Source: an uncultured Acidimicrobiaceae bacterium
GTDB lineage: Bacteria; Actinomycetota; Acidimicrobiia; Acidimicrobiales; Ilumatobacteraceae
Direction of reading: 5' to 3'
Length of the DNA stretch: 46,707 nucleotides
Assembly (NCBI GenBank): GCA_903904615.1
Contig: CAIVDG010000242.1
Span: forward strand, 1 to 46,707
Positions within the stretch are counted from its first letter, which is position 1. The number at the start of each line of letters is the position of its first letter. Position numbers and translations under genes: made by a program. Of this stretch, positions 37,327 through 45,407 are shown piece after piece. Below the pieces are notes generated by a model that searched no databases, was not told the DNA's origin, and saw only the letters and a program-made list of their open reading frames with translations.

Positions 37327-37400
37327 GCCGGTGTAGCCCAATTGGCAGAGGCAGCAGGTTTAGGTCCTGCGTGTTGGGGGTTCGAGTCCCTTCACCGGCA
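37327..37400 (+). tRNA. tRNA with anticodon UAG (Leu codons CUA/CUG) but class I geometry (5-nt variable loop); no encoded CCA
   Basis: Hand fold:
- Acceptor stem GCCGGTG / CACCGGC.
- U8.
- D stem GCC/GGC, with a loop containing GG.
- Anticodon stem GCAGG/CCTGC, loop TT-TAG-GT.
- Variable loop GTGTT.
- T stem GGGGG/CCCTT (two G-U pairs), T loop TTCGAGT.
- Discriminator A at 37400. Confidence 0.8.
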
Positions 37401-37402
37401 CA

Positions 37403-38419
37403 GTGCATATTTACGACTTACCCACGCCAGCTGTCGTTATCGACATTGCTGCTTTGCGCAAGAACATTGCCACCATGGCCGAGGTGCACCCAGGTCGTCG
37501 CTTGCGTCCACACATTAAGGCGCACAAATGCACAGGTCTTGCTGCCGAGCTAGAAGCCGTTGGTCACACCTCGTTCACATGTGCCACCCCGCGCGAAATT
37601 CTTGGAATGGTTGCCGCAGGCGTTGGCAACGATTTCTTGCTGGCAAATGAAGTAGTCGACCCTCGTCGCCTTGACGCACTGGCAGAAGCGCAAGAACATG
37701 CGTTAATCACCGTTGCTATTGATTCAGAAGAAACCTTGAAGGCAGCCGAGAAGGCCGGCATTCAACACGTGATGATCGATGTGAACGTTGGTCTCCCCCG
37801 TTGTGGATGTGACCCAAAGAATGCTGGCCGCCTGGCCGATGCCGCTCGCGTGCGTGGCATGACAGTTCGTGGAGTCATGGGTTACGAAGGGCATCTCATG
37901 ATGGTGACCGACCGTGACGAAAAGAAACGCAAAGTCCACGACGCAATGTCCATCCTTGCCACCGCGCACGACGACGTTGGTGGCGACATTGTGTCGGCTG
38001 GTGGAACCGGCACATACGACATGTTCGCGGGAACCACCGTGAACGAAGTGCAAGCAGGAAGTTATGCACTCATGGATACCCACTACGCACAACTTGGTTT
38101 GCCATTTGTCCAGGCAATGTGGGTGGTCGGCACGGTTGTTTCATCAAACGAATCGTGGTCAGTAGTAGACGTTGGTTTGAAATCTCTCGGAATGGACCAT
38201 GGCAGCCCCACTATCTCGGGTCATTCCGTGTGGTTCTGCTCCGACGAACACATCACCTTTTCACCACAAGACGAAACACCACGCCCCATTGTGGGCGACA
38301 GAGCATTTGTTACTCCTTCGCACATCGATCCCACCATGGCCATGCACGACACTGCGTATGTTGCTAATTCTTTCGGAGAGATTCTGGCCGAGTGGCCCAT
38401 TGATTTACGCGGGTGGTAA
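37403..38419 (+). CDS. DSD1-family PLP enzyme (D-threonine aldolase / D-serine dehydratase-like; alanine racemase N-terminal fold)
   Basis: LPTPAVVIDIAALRKNI...LRPHIKAHKC (PLP lysine), GVMGYEGH, VSAGGTGTY, VQAGSYALMD, C-terminal SHIDPT. The conserved N-terminus forces the start to GTG 37403, 2 nt after the tRNA. Confidence 0.8.
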   Translation: MHIYDLPTPAVVIDIAALRKNIATMAEVHPGRRLRPHIKAHKCTGLAAELEAVGHTSFTCATPREILGMVAAGVGNDFLLANEVVDPRRLDALAEAQEHALITVAIDSEETLKAAEKAGIQHVMIDVNVGLPRCGCDPKNAGRLADAARVRGMTVRGVMGYEGHLMMVTDRDEKKRKVHDAMSILATAHDDVGGDIVSAGGTGTYDMFAGTTVNEVQAGSYALMDTHYAQLGLPFVQAMWVVGTVVSSNESWSVVDVGLKSLGMDHGSPTISGHSVWFCSDEHITFSPQDETPRPIVGDRAFVTPSHIDPTMAMHDTAYVANSFGEILAEWPIDLRGW

Positions 38420-38998
38420 TCCCACAATGCGTGCCAGCAGGGCGGGTAGTTCACGCAACGCTCGCCCCCTGTGAGAGAGAGCATCTTTTTCTTCTGCCGT
38501 CATCTCGGCAAACGTTCGACCATCGCCATCGTTCGGAACAAAAAGGCTGTCGTAACCAAACCCATTATTTCCGCGCTCACTAGTGGCGATAGTTCCTTCA
38601 CATTCGCCCGCGACAAAATGCATTTCGCCCAACCTGTTCACTACAGCAAGAACAGTCCTGAATCGCGCCGACCGATGAGTGTTTCCCTCGAGAGTGCGTA
38701 GCAATAACTGCCGATTCTGCACATCAGTTGCATGGTCTCCGGCATAACGCGCGCTTCGCACGCCTGGCTCGCCACTTAACGCATCGACAAGTAACCCGGT
38801 GTCATCGGCGAGCGCCCATTCGTGTGCAAAGTTGGCTATCTCTACTGCTTTAATGGCGGCATTGCCTTCAAGCGTGGGTGCGTTCTCTTCAACATCGCCC
38901 ACTTCGTGTGGTCGTGGCAGAAGTTCCACCCATTCAGGCAACAATCGCGCAATTTCCGCGACCTTCTTCGGGTTCGCGCTCGCACACACGAGTCGCAT
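38405..38998 (-). CDS. rdgB: Non-canonical purine NTP pyrophosphatase (RdgB/HAM1)
   Basis: MRLVCASANPKKVAEI..., ADDTGLLVDALSGEPGVRSARYAG, NGFGYDSLFVP, SHRGRAL. Lies 5 nt downstream of rph (conserved pair). Its 3' end overlaps the convergent DSD1 gene by 15 nt. Confidence 0.9.
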   Translation of the reverse strand: MRLVCASANPKKVAEIARLLPEWVELLPRPHEVGDVEENAPTLEGNAAIKAVEIANFAHEWALADDTGLLVDALSGEPGVRSARYAGDHATDVQNRQLLLRTLEGNTHRSARFRTVLAVVNRLGEMHFVAGECEGTIATSERGNNGFGYDSLFVPNDGDGRTFAEMTAEEKDALSHRGRALRELPALLARIVGLPPA

Positions 38999-39003
38999 TG
39001 TTG

Positions 39004-39765
39004 TTATCGCTCGGGAAGTCGAGCAGGTGGCGCCTCGGACAACAAGCCTGATTGAAGATCAAAGATTCGACCAAGTCCGGTGTCGGCCAACATCAGCAAC
39101 TCATCTAGTTCGCCACGCGTGAACGCCATACCTTCGGCAGTTCCTTGCACTTCAACAAATCGTGACTCTCCGCCATTGACAGGTCGCAACATCACAACGT
39201 TCATGTCCACTTCGGCAGTTGAGTCTTCAACATAGGGAAGATCGAGCACCGGAACGCCGCCACACACGCCAACAGAAATTGCAGCGCAGAGCGAATGAAG
39301 TGGGTGCTGAGGAATTGAGCCATTTTGAACAAGCCGAGTCAGTGCATCGTGCAAAGCGAGATAGCCACCGCAAATGCTCGCAGTGCGAGTGCCACCATCT
39401 GCCTGCAATACATCGCAGTCCACCAATACTTGACGTTCACCCAAAGCGCGCATGTCGCATGTGGCGCGCAACGAACGGCCAATGAGTCGTTGAATTTCAA
39501 CGGTGCGACCACTTTGCTTGCCCTTTGCAGCTTCTCTGTCAACACGCTCGGGTGACGACCCAGGAAGCATTGAGTACTCCGCAGTGACCCATCCTTTGCC
39601 TGAGCCCTTCATCCAACGTGGAACATCTTCATCAACCGACGCGGTGCACAAAACACGTGTGCGCCCAAATGTGACCAGCACAGAACCAGCGGACATTTCT
39701 GTGAAGTCACGTTGAAATGACATTGGTCGTAGCTGATCTGGTGTGCGTCCGTCTGGGCGACTCAT
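39004..39765 (-). CDS. rph: Ribonuclease PH
   Basis: [44 protein letters not shown]...[20 protein letters not shown]...[16 protein letters not shown]. Start ATG 39765 with GGAGG 8 nt upstream. Confidence 0.95.
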   Translation of the reverse strand: MSRPDGRTPDQLRPMSFQRDFTEMSAGSVLVTFGRTRVLCTASVDEDVPRWMKGSGKGWVTAEYSMLPGSSPERVDREAAKGKQSGRTVEIQRLIGRSLRATCDMRALGERQVLVDCDVLQADGGTRTASICGGYLALHDALTRLVQNGSIPQHPLHSLCAAISVGVCGGVPVLDLPYVEDSTAEVDMNVVMLRPVNGGESRFVEVQGTAEGMAFTRGELDELLMLADTGLGRIFDLQSGLLSEAPPARLPER

Positions 39766-39855
39766 GATGATTTCCTCCGCACCGCCGACATTCGACATAT
39801 GTGCGCTTCCCACAATACGCAGTGAGCGCCCCCAACAGGCGTAGCGTCAATCACC

Positions 39856-40680
39856 GTGCTCACCGCAACACTCCTCGCTCTCGCCGCTGCGGTGTTGCAC
39901 GCCTCGTGGAACCTATGGGTGAAACAAAGTGGCGACAGATGGATTGCGTTGTGGGGCCAGATGACCGCGGGCGGGTTCGTCTGCGCTGTCATCTTGATCT
40001 TCACCGGCTGGCCCAGCAACTTGGCATGGTGGCCGGTGCTCACCAGTGGCGTTATTCATGTGGTGTACATCGGTGCTCTTGCACGCGCGTACACCATTGG
40101 CGACTTCTCCGTTACCTACCCCATCGCTAGGGGCGCTGGCGCGTTGCTGGCTGCACTTGGTGGAGTTCTGTTTCTGAACGATCACTTCACTGCCCTGTCG
40201 GTTTTCGGAATTGTTATTGCAATCGCCGGAATTCTTCTGCTCGCGGGAAAGGCAGATGCATCCCATGTGAAGGCCGCGTTGTTGGTCTCGCTCACCATTG
40301 GTGCGTACTCAGTTGTTGACGGACATGGCTCTCGAGTGACGGGCGGAAACTTGTATCCACTTGTGCTGTTCGTTGCCACTGCTGTAAGCACAACAATTGC
40401 AGGTATAGCAATGGGTCGCACCCGCGACATGGTGACAGCTATGAGATCTCGCGCACATTTGTTTGCGCTTGCTGGAAGTGCTTCTGCATTGACCTATTGG
40501 ATGGTTCTCGTCGCAATGCAACAAGCACCCGTGGGCTACGTAACGGCACTTCGTGAATCGAGCGTGGTTATTGTTGCACTCATGGGGACGCGTTACTTGG
40601 GTGAATCCGACATGCGACGTCGTGTCGTTGCCGCACTCGTGGTTGTTGCGGGACTAGCAGTGCTCATCGCGGGCCGTTAG
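39856..40680 (+). CDS. EamA/DMT-superfamily transporter
   Basis: 274 aa, about 10 TM helices. The N-terminal LALAAAVLHASWNLWVKQ and the two-halves architecture are typical of EamA-domain permeases. GTG start. Confidence 0.75.
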   Translation: MLTATLLALAAAVLHASWNLWVKQSGDRWIALWGQMTAGGFVCAVILIFTGWPSNLAWWPVLTSGVIHVVYIGALARAYTIGDFSVTYPIARGAGALLAALGGVLFLNDHFTALSVFGIVIAIAGILLLAGKADASHVKAALLVSLTIGAYSVVDGHGSRVTGGNLYPLVLFVATAVSTTIAGIAMGRTRDMVTAMRSRAHLFALAGSASALTYWMVLVAMQQAPVGYVTALRESSVVIVALMGTRYLGESDMRRRVVAALVVVAGLAVLIAGR

Positions 40681-40695
40681 CGGCACGCCTCTCAT

Positions 40696-41682
40696 TTAGA
40701 AGTAAATGATCTTTTCGGCGTTTGCTTCGGCTTGATCGAGATCGTCTGTGTACGCACCGGTGGACAGATACTTCCAACCGCCGTCGCACACAATGAACAC
40801 GATGGTTCCCTCTTCAATTTCGCTTGCCACCTTCACGGCTCCGGCAAGTGATGCACCTGAAGAGATACCTGCGAAAATTCCGCACTCTTGCACGATGCGA
40901 CGAGTCCACTCGAGTGATTCGCGAGGACGAACAACGCGCTTGCGGTCGAGAAGTTCACGGCCGTGCCAGTTGTCGAACACGGGCGGGATGTAACCATCGT
41001 CCAAGTTGCGCAAACCTTCAACACGCTCACCAAGTGGTGGCTCTACAGCAATAATCTTGATGTTGGGATTCTGTTCTTTGAGGTACTTACCCGTGCCCAT
41101 AAGTGTTCCGCTTGTGCCGAGACCTGCAACGAAGTGCGTAATTTCTGGGCAATCACGATAAATCTCTGGGCCGGTGCCTTCGTAATGCGCACGTGGGTTT
41201 GCATCGTTGGCGTACTGGTACAAGAAACACCATTCAGGGTTTTGCGCTGCAAGTTCTTGCGCGCGTCGCACCGCGCCATTTGATCCTTCTTCACCGGGTG
41301 TGAGAATGATTTCAGCGCCGAAGACTTCGAGCATTTGACGACGCTCGATGCTGACCGAAGTAGGCATGAGGATGGTGATGGGATAACCCTTCATCTTCGC
41401 GATGGCAGCAAGTGCAATTCCGGTGTTGCCCGATGACGGCTCCACGATGCGCTGGCCAGGAACCAAGCGTCCGGTGCGCTCGGCATCTTCGATCATTGCT
41501 TTTGCAATGCGGTCCTTTACCGAGCCAAAGGGGTTTTGGCTTTCCAACTTCGCCACGATGCGAACATTGGGATTAGGCGACAAATTGGAGACGTCGACCA
41601 TGGGAGTGTTGCCAACGAGCTCGAGGGCGTTCTGAAGTACAAACACCGAGCCTCCGTTCCTTCTCACATCCGCAATCGACAT
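40696..41682 (-). CDS. cysM: Cysteine synthase B-type O-phosphoserine sulfhydrylase (M. tuberculosis CysM/Rv1336-like)
   Basis: LVGNTPMV..., NPFGSVKDRIA (PLP lysine), EPSSGNTGIALA, THFVAGLGTSGTLMGTG, GIFAGISSGA and C-terminal GGWKYLSTGAY all parallel Rv1336. Start ATG 41682 with AAGGAG upstream; the track extension to 41793 is rejected. Confidence 0.9.
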   Translation of the reverse strand: MSIADVRRNGGSVFVLQNALELVGNTPMVDVSNLSPNPNVRIVAKLESQNPFGSVKDRIAKAMIEDAERTGRLVPGQRIVEPSSGNTGIALAAIAKMKGYPITILMPTSVSIERRQMLEVFGAEIILTPGEEGSNGAVRRAQELAAQNPEWCFLYQYANDANPRAHYEGTGPEIYRDCPEITHFVAGLGTSGTLMGTGKYLKEQNPNIKIIAVEPPLGERVEGLRNLDDGYIPPVFDNWHGRELLDRKRVVRPRESLEWTRRIVQECGIFAGISSGASLAGAVKVASEIEEGTIVFIVCDGGWKYLSTGAYTDDLDQAEANAEKIIYF

Positions 41683-41807
41683 GGTTCTCCTTCGCGGCCT
41701 ACCAGACAGGCCTCTAGGTGAAACCTCTCCACCTTGAGTGCTATTCCCGATAAATCCAGTCGGAATTGTAACCATCGCCACAGCCATTGTCACCCCCTCT
41801 AGGGGAA

Positions 41808-42230
41808 TCAGGCGATGACGATGACTTCTTCGGTAATGGTTCCAGCCTCAATACGGAATGAGCGGGGCTTCGGCTCGCCGGTTTTCAGGCTGACAATGAT
41901 GTAGTGCCAGCCCGGATCGGGGGCCTGGTCAACGTCAGTTTTGCTGGGATAGGCCTCGGTGTGGGTGTGGCTGTGTGCGCACCCCAGCACTTCCAAGCCC
42001 TCCGCTTCGGCGGCAAGCTCGGCGCGAAGGTGCTCTTTCGGGTCAATGGTGTACACCAATGCACTGTGGGCAATGTTGGTGCATGGCACGAAACGCGTGA
42101 CCGTGGTTGACCCAGGTGCGCCAATGAGCAGACCACACATCTCTTCGGGATAACAGGCAATGGCATGCGCGGCCATGGCGCCTGCGGCCTCTTGCGGCAC
42201 CGTGAGTTGTTGCGTGACTGACTCGGACAT
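41808..42230 (-). CDS. mec: JAMM/MPN+ zinc metalloprotease (Mec, Rv1334-like)
   Basis: PEEMCGLLIG (catalytic Glu) and CAHSHTHTEAYPSKTD (the H-x-H-x(7)-S-x2-D JAMM motif). 140 aa. Confidence 0.85.
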   Translation of the reverse strand: MSESVTQQLTVPQEAAGAMAAHAIACYPEEMCGLLIGAPGSTTVTRFVPCTNIAHSALVYTIDPKEHLRAELAAEAEGLEVLGCAHSHTHTEAYPSKTDVDQAPDPGWHYIIVSLKTGEPKPRSFRIEAGTITEEVIVIA

Positions 42231-42265
42231 CCCTGCGCAGGCTAGCGGTACGCTCGATTACCCCT

Positions 42266-42742
42266 ATGGCAAAGTCACCAAACACCGTGCTGGCGAGTAA
42301 TCGCAAGGCTCGACACGATTACGAGATTCTCGACGTGTTCGAAGCCGGCATTGTGCTTGTTGGCAGCGAAGTGAAGAGCCTGCGTGCTGGCCAAGTTCAG
42401 TTAGTCGACGCCTACGCACGGATTCTCGACGGCGAGATGTGGCTAGACGGTGTCCATATTGCGCCGTATTCATTCGCTGTCGGGGTAGGCGCACACGATC
42501 CAGATCGCCCACGCAAGTTGCTGCTACATCGCGAAGAGATCAATCGTCTTCACGACCGCATTGCGCGCGAACGTTTGTCGCTGGTACCGCTGGCATTTAA
42601 GTTGGTGGACGGTCGAGTAAAGGTGGAACTCGCACTTGGTCGTGGTCGCAAGAAAGGCGACAAGCGCCAGTCAATTGCGGAAAAAGCTGTGCAGCGCGAA
42701 ATGCAACGATCGCTTGGGCGTCAACGCAAAGGTATGGAATAG
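42266..42742 (+). CDS. smpB: SsrA-binding protein
   Basis: LASNRKARHDYEILDVFEAGIVLVGSEVKSLR...LLLHREEINRL...GRGRKKGDKRQ is a canonical SmpB sequence. tmRNA lies 81 nt downstream. Confidence 0.95.
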   Translation: MAKSPNTVLASNRKARHDYEILDVFEAGIVLVGSEVKSLRAGQVQLVDAYARILDGEMWLDGVHIAPYSFAVGVGAHDPDRPRKLLLHREEINRLHDRIARERLSLVPLAFKLVDGRVKVELALGRGRKKGDKRQSIAEKAVQREMQRSLGRQRKGME

Positions 42743-42823
42743 CCATTCTTCGCATCTTTTGACAGATCTTGGAAAAAGTTGACACCACCTCGCCGTACAC
42801 TGACAACTACACAACCAATCAAT

Positions 42824-43201
42824 GGGGCTGACAGGTTTCGACAGCAGTTTCGTTGTTTGCACGTGCAACCCGAATTGCTCAGATTCGTTAAACGGGGCAA
42901 AAAACAGAATTGCCAACGAGCAGTTCGCTCTCGCCGCCTAATACTCGGTAGAGAGACATCGTGAGCAGCAATGCCGCACGGGGCCAGTCCATCGCAGCCC
43001 GGCAACAGAAGCGGAGGATGACGGCGAGAAAGACCGCTGACAATGGGAAAGACTTTTGACTTGTGGGAAAGACCACACGCGGCTTGGGTAACCAAGTAGT
43101 CGACCCGTCGACAGTGTTGCGTTAGCGCTACAACGGGAATGGTTGTAGCACTGGTAAATAGCGCCTGATGGACGGGGGTTCGATTCCCCCCAGCTCCACC
43201 A
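42824..43201 (+). ncRNA. ssrA: tmRNA (SsrA)
   Basis: The 5' GGGGCTGACAGGTTTCGACAG pairs with the 3' CAGCTCCACCA, including the G3:U70 alanine identity pair. The T-arm is GGGGGTTCGATTCCCCCC. The tag frame ends ...GAG CAG TTC GCT CTC GCC GCC TAA (stop 42939-42941). The likely resume codon is GCA 42897, giving AKNRIANEQFALAA; an alternative is GCC 42912, giving ANEQFALAA. Confidence 0.95.
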
Positions 43202-43216
43202 TTTAATGATGTGCTC

Positions 43217-43900
43217 ATGTGCACCTTGTACAGTCGCTGCGTGCTTCCTACTCAAGTTGCAACGAACGAAGGCGTGTTTCTACTTGTTGCCATCATCGGC
43301 ACAATTGCATTTGCCACGTCGGGAGTTCTTGCTGCAGCAGAAGCTGGACTTGACTGGCTTGGCGCCACAGTTCTCGCTGTAGTTGTTTCCATCGGCGGTG
43401 GAACGTTGCGAGACATTCTCATTGGCAATCTTCCCGTCACCTGGGTACGCGATGAATGGCCGGTAGTTGTTGCCCTTTGCACTGTCGTTGTGGGTCTCGT
43501 TGTTCTTCGACTTCCTGTTCACATAGATCCGCGAAACCAGTTGTGGTATCTCGCGAGCGATGCCATTGGTCTCGGAGCCTTCGTTGTGCTGGGAACATCC
43601 ATTGCGCTCGAGAGCGGCACATCGTCTTTCATTGCCATATTCATGGGTGTCATCACGGGTGTTGGAGGCGGTGTCATTCGCGATCTCTTCACTGGGCGCA
43701 CACCCATGGTGTTCGTCGGTCAGGTGTATGCGGTAGCCGGACTGCTCGGGGCAATCGTGTTCGTGGGCCTTCGAGAAACCAGTGCTTCAGAACCACTGCG
43801 TGTGTGGATTCCTGTTGCGGTCGTGGTCATCCTGCGCGCGTTGGCAATTCGATTCGACTTGCATTTACCGCGTACTGGTTCAACCCATCCACGCGACTAG
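43217..43900 (+). CDS. UPF0126 / trimeric intracellular cation channel (TRIC)-family membrane protein
   Basis: Two UPF0126 repeats (IGTIAFATSGVLAAAEAGLDWLGATVLAVVVSIGGGTLRDILIG and DAIGLGAFVVLGTSIAL...GVITGVGGGVIRDLFTG). Start uncertain (43211, 43217, 43241 or 43274). ATG 43217 lies 9 nt after TTTAAT (43202-43207). Confidence 0.75.
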   Translation: MCTLYSRCVLPTQVATNEGVFLLVAIIGTIAFATSGVLAAAEAGLDWLGATVLAVVVSIGGGTLRDILIGNLPVTWVRDEWPVVVALCTVVVGLVVLRLPVHIDPRNQLWYLASDAIGLGAFVVLGTSIALESGTSSFIAIFMGVITGVGGGVIRDLFTGRTPMVFVGQVYAVAGLLGAIVFVGLRETSASEPLRVWIPVAVVVILRALAIRFDLHLPRTGSTHPRD

Positions 43901-43910
43901 CGCGTCATCG

Positions 43911-45317
43911 CTAGGCCTTGCGGATAACACCGTCTTTGACGGCCGCTGCAGCAACAGCAGGAGCAACACGCTCCACAATTGAGCGGTCGAACACAGACGG
44001 AACAACGAAACCTGGTGACAATTGAGCGTCGGTGACCGACTCTGCAATTGCCACTGCGGCTGCCAACTTCATACCTTCGGTGATGTCAGTTGCTTGCGCA
44101 TCTAACGCACCGCGGAAGATTCCGGGGAACGCCAACACGTTGTTGATTTGGTTCGGGTAGTCGCTACGGCCGGTAGCCATTACTGCGGCAAGACCATCGC
44201 ATTGTTCTGGACGAATTTCAGGGTTGGGGTTGGCCATTGCGAACACAATGGGATCTTTTGCCATTGAACGAACGTCGGCAGCAGTGATGAGGTCTGGGCC
44301 ACTGACTCCCAAGAACACGTCTGCGCCCTTCATAACATCACTGATGGTTCCCATCTTGCGCGACTGGTTGGTGTGCTCTGCAAACCACACTTTGGCAGAG
44401 TTCATTTCTCCGCGGCCAGAGTAAATGGCCCCAACACGGTCGCATCCGATGACTTCACCAACGCCTGCGTTCAACAGAATCTTGCCAATGGCCACACCTG
44501 CAGCGCCAACGCCAGCGATGACGACCGACAGGTCTTCCATTTTCTTTCCTGTGATCTTCAATGAGTTCCATAATGCGGCGAGCGCAACGACGGCGGTTCC
44601 GTGCTGGTCGTCGTGGAACACAGGAATGTCCAAACTTGCACGAAGACGCTCTTCGATTTCGAAACATTCGGGAGCAGCGATGTCTTCCAAGTTGATGCCA
44701 CCAAAAGTTGGTGCAATGCGCTGCACAAAGTCGACTACTTCATCGACGGTGCGCGCATTAATGCAAATGGGGAATCCGTCAACTCCACCGAACTCTTTGA
44801 AGAGAAGTGCTTTGCCTTCCATTACGGGCATTGCGCCTTCAGGGCCGATGTCGCCAAGACCAAGCACAGCAGTTCCGTTACTCACAATCGCAACGGTGTT
44901 TTTACGAATGGTGTACTTGTGCGACAACGCTGGGTCATTCTGAATGGCTGTACACACGCGAGCAACGCCTGGGGTGTACGCCATAGACAAGTCGTCTTTG
45001 TCGTTCACCGGAGCCGTGGAGAGAACGTGAATCTTGCCAGCCTCGTGCATGCGGAAGGTGCGGTCCCACCAATCCATCAGGGTGATTCCAGGACAATTCT
45101 TCACGGCCTCTACAACCTGCAACTGATGAGCCTCGTCACGACAATGAACAATCAGGTTGCGTCGCAGCACTGGTCCGCGCACATCAAAACCGTCGAGTGC
45201 ACCGATATTGCCGCCTGCATCGCCGATGGCGGTGCAGAGGTGACCGAGTGCGCCAGGCACGTTGTCTAACTGACAATCGAGCGTGATGGAAAAGGCGGCG
45301 GTGGGCAGAGTTGGCAT
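43911..45317 (-). CDS. NAD(P)-dependent malic enzyme with N-terminal ACT-like domain
   Basis: The N-terminal ~75 aa look like an ACT fold (ITLDCQLDNVPGALGHLCTAIGDAGGNIGAL). These are followed by malic-enzyme motifs: DRTFRMHEAGKI, LSMAYTPGVARV, VSNGTAVLGLGDIG, PVMEGKALLFKEFGGVD, FGGINLEDI, the Rossmann GAGAAGVAI, and ANPNPEI. Confidence 0.9.
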   Translation of the reverse strand: MPTLPTAAFSITLDCQLDNVPGALGHLCTAIGDAGGNIGALDGFDVRGPVLRRNLIVHCRDEAHQLQVVEAVKNCPGITLMDWWDRTFRMHEAGKIHVLSTAPVNDKDDLSMAYTPGVARVCTAIQNDPALSHKYTIRKNTVAIVSNGTAVLGLGDIGPEGAMPVMEGKALLFKEFGGVDGFPICINARTVDEVVDFVQRIAPTFGGINLEDIAAPECFEIEERLRASLDIPVFHDDQHGTAVVALAALWNSLKITGKKMEDLSVVIAGVGAAGVAIGKILLNAGVGEVIGCDRVGAIYSGRGEMNSAKVWFAEHTNQSRKMGTISDVMKGADVFLGVSGPDLITAADVRSMAKDPIVFAMANPNPEIRPEQCDGLAAVMATGRSDYPNQINNVLAFPGIFRGALDAQATDITEGMKLAAAVAIAESVTDAQLSPGFVVPSVFDRSIVERVAPAVAAAAVKDGVIRKA

Positions 45318-45407
45318 AAGAATTCCAAGGTTATCCCCAACCCTTGGTCCGCCACCCCACCCTTTAACGCACTATCCGCCTAAGGTTTCCTGAAAAGGGA
45401 GGCCATC

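Noticed and set aside
41737-41793. In-frame peptide upstream of cysM ending ...VTIPTGFIGNSTQGG, as a possible remnant of the CysO C-terminus (CysO ends ...VTILPAVAGG)
   Set aside because: The similarity is only a few residues, no stop follows the GG, and there is no ThiS-fold-length ORF. It cannot be distinguished from chance by eye.
42759-42784. Two TTGACA hexamers (42759-42764 and 42779-42784) upstream of ssrA as -35 elements
   Set aside because: Neither has a TANNNT or TATAAT-like hexamer at 16-18 nt spacing, so I do not call an ssrA promoter.
43150-43300. tmRNA 3' end as an integration site for a genomic island
   Set aside because: I saw no second copy of the ssrA 3' end (GGTTCGATTCCCC...CCACCA) downstream and no integrase. 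The next genes are ordinary chromosomal genes.
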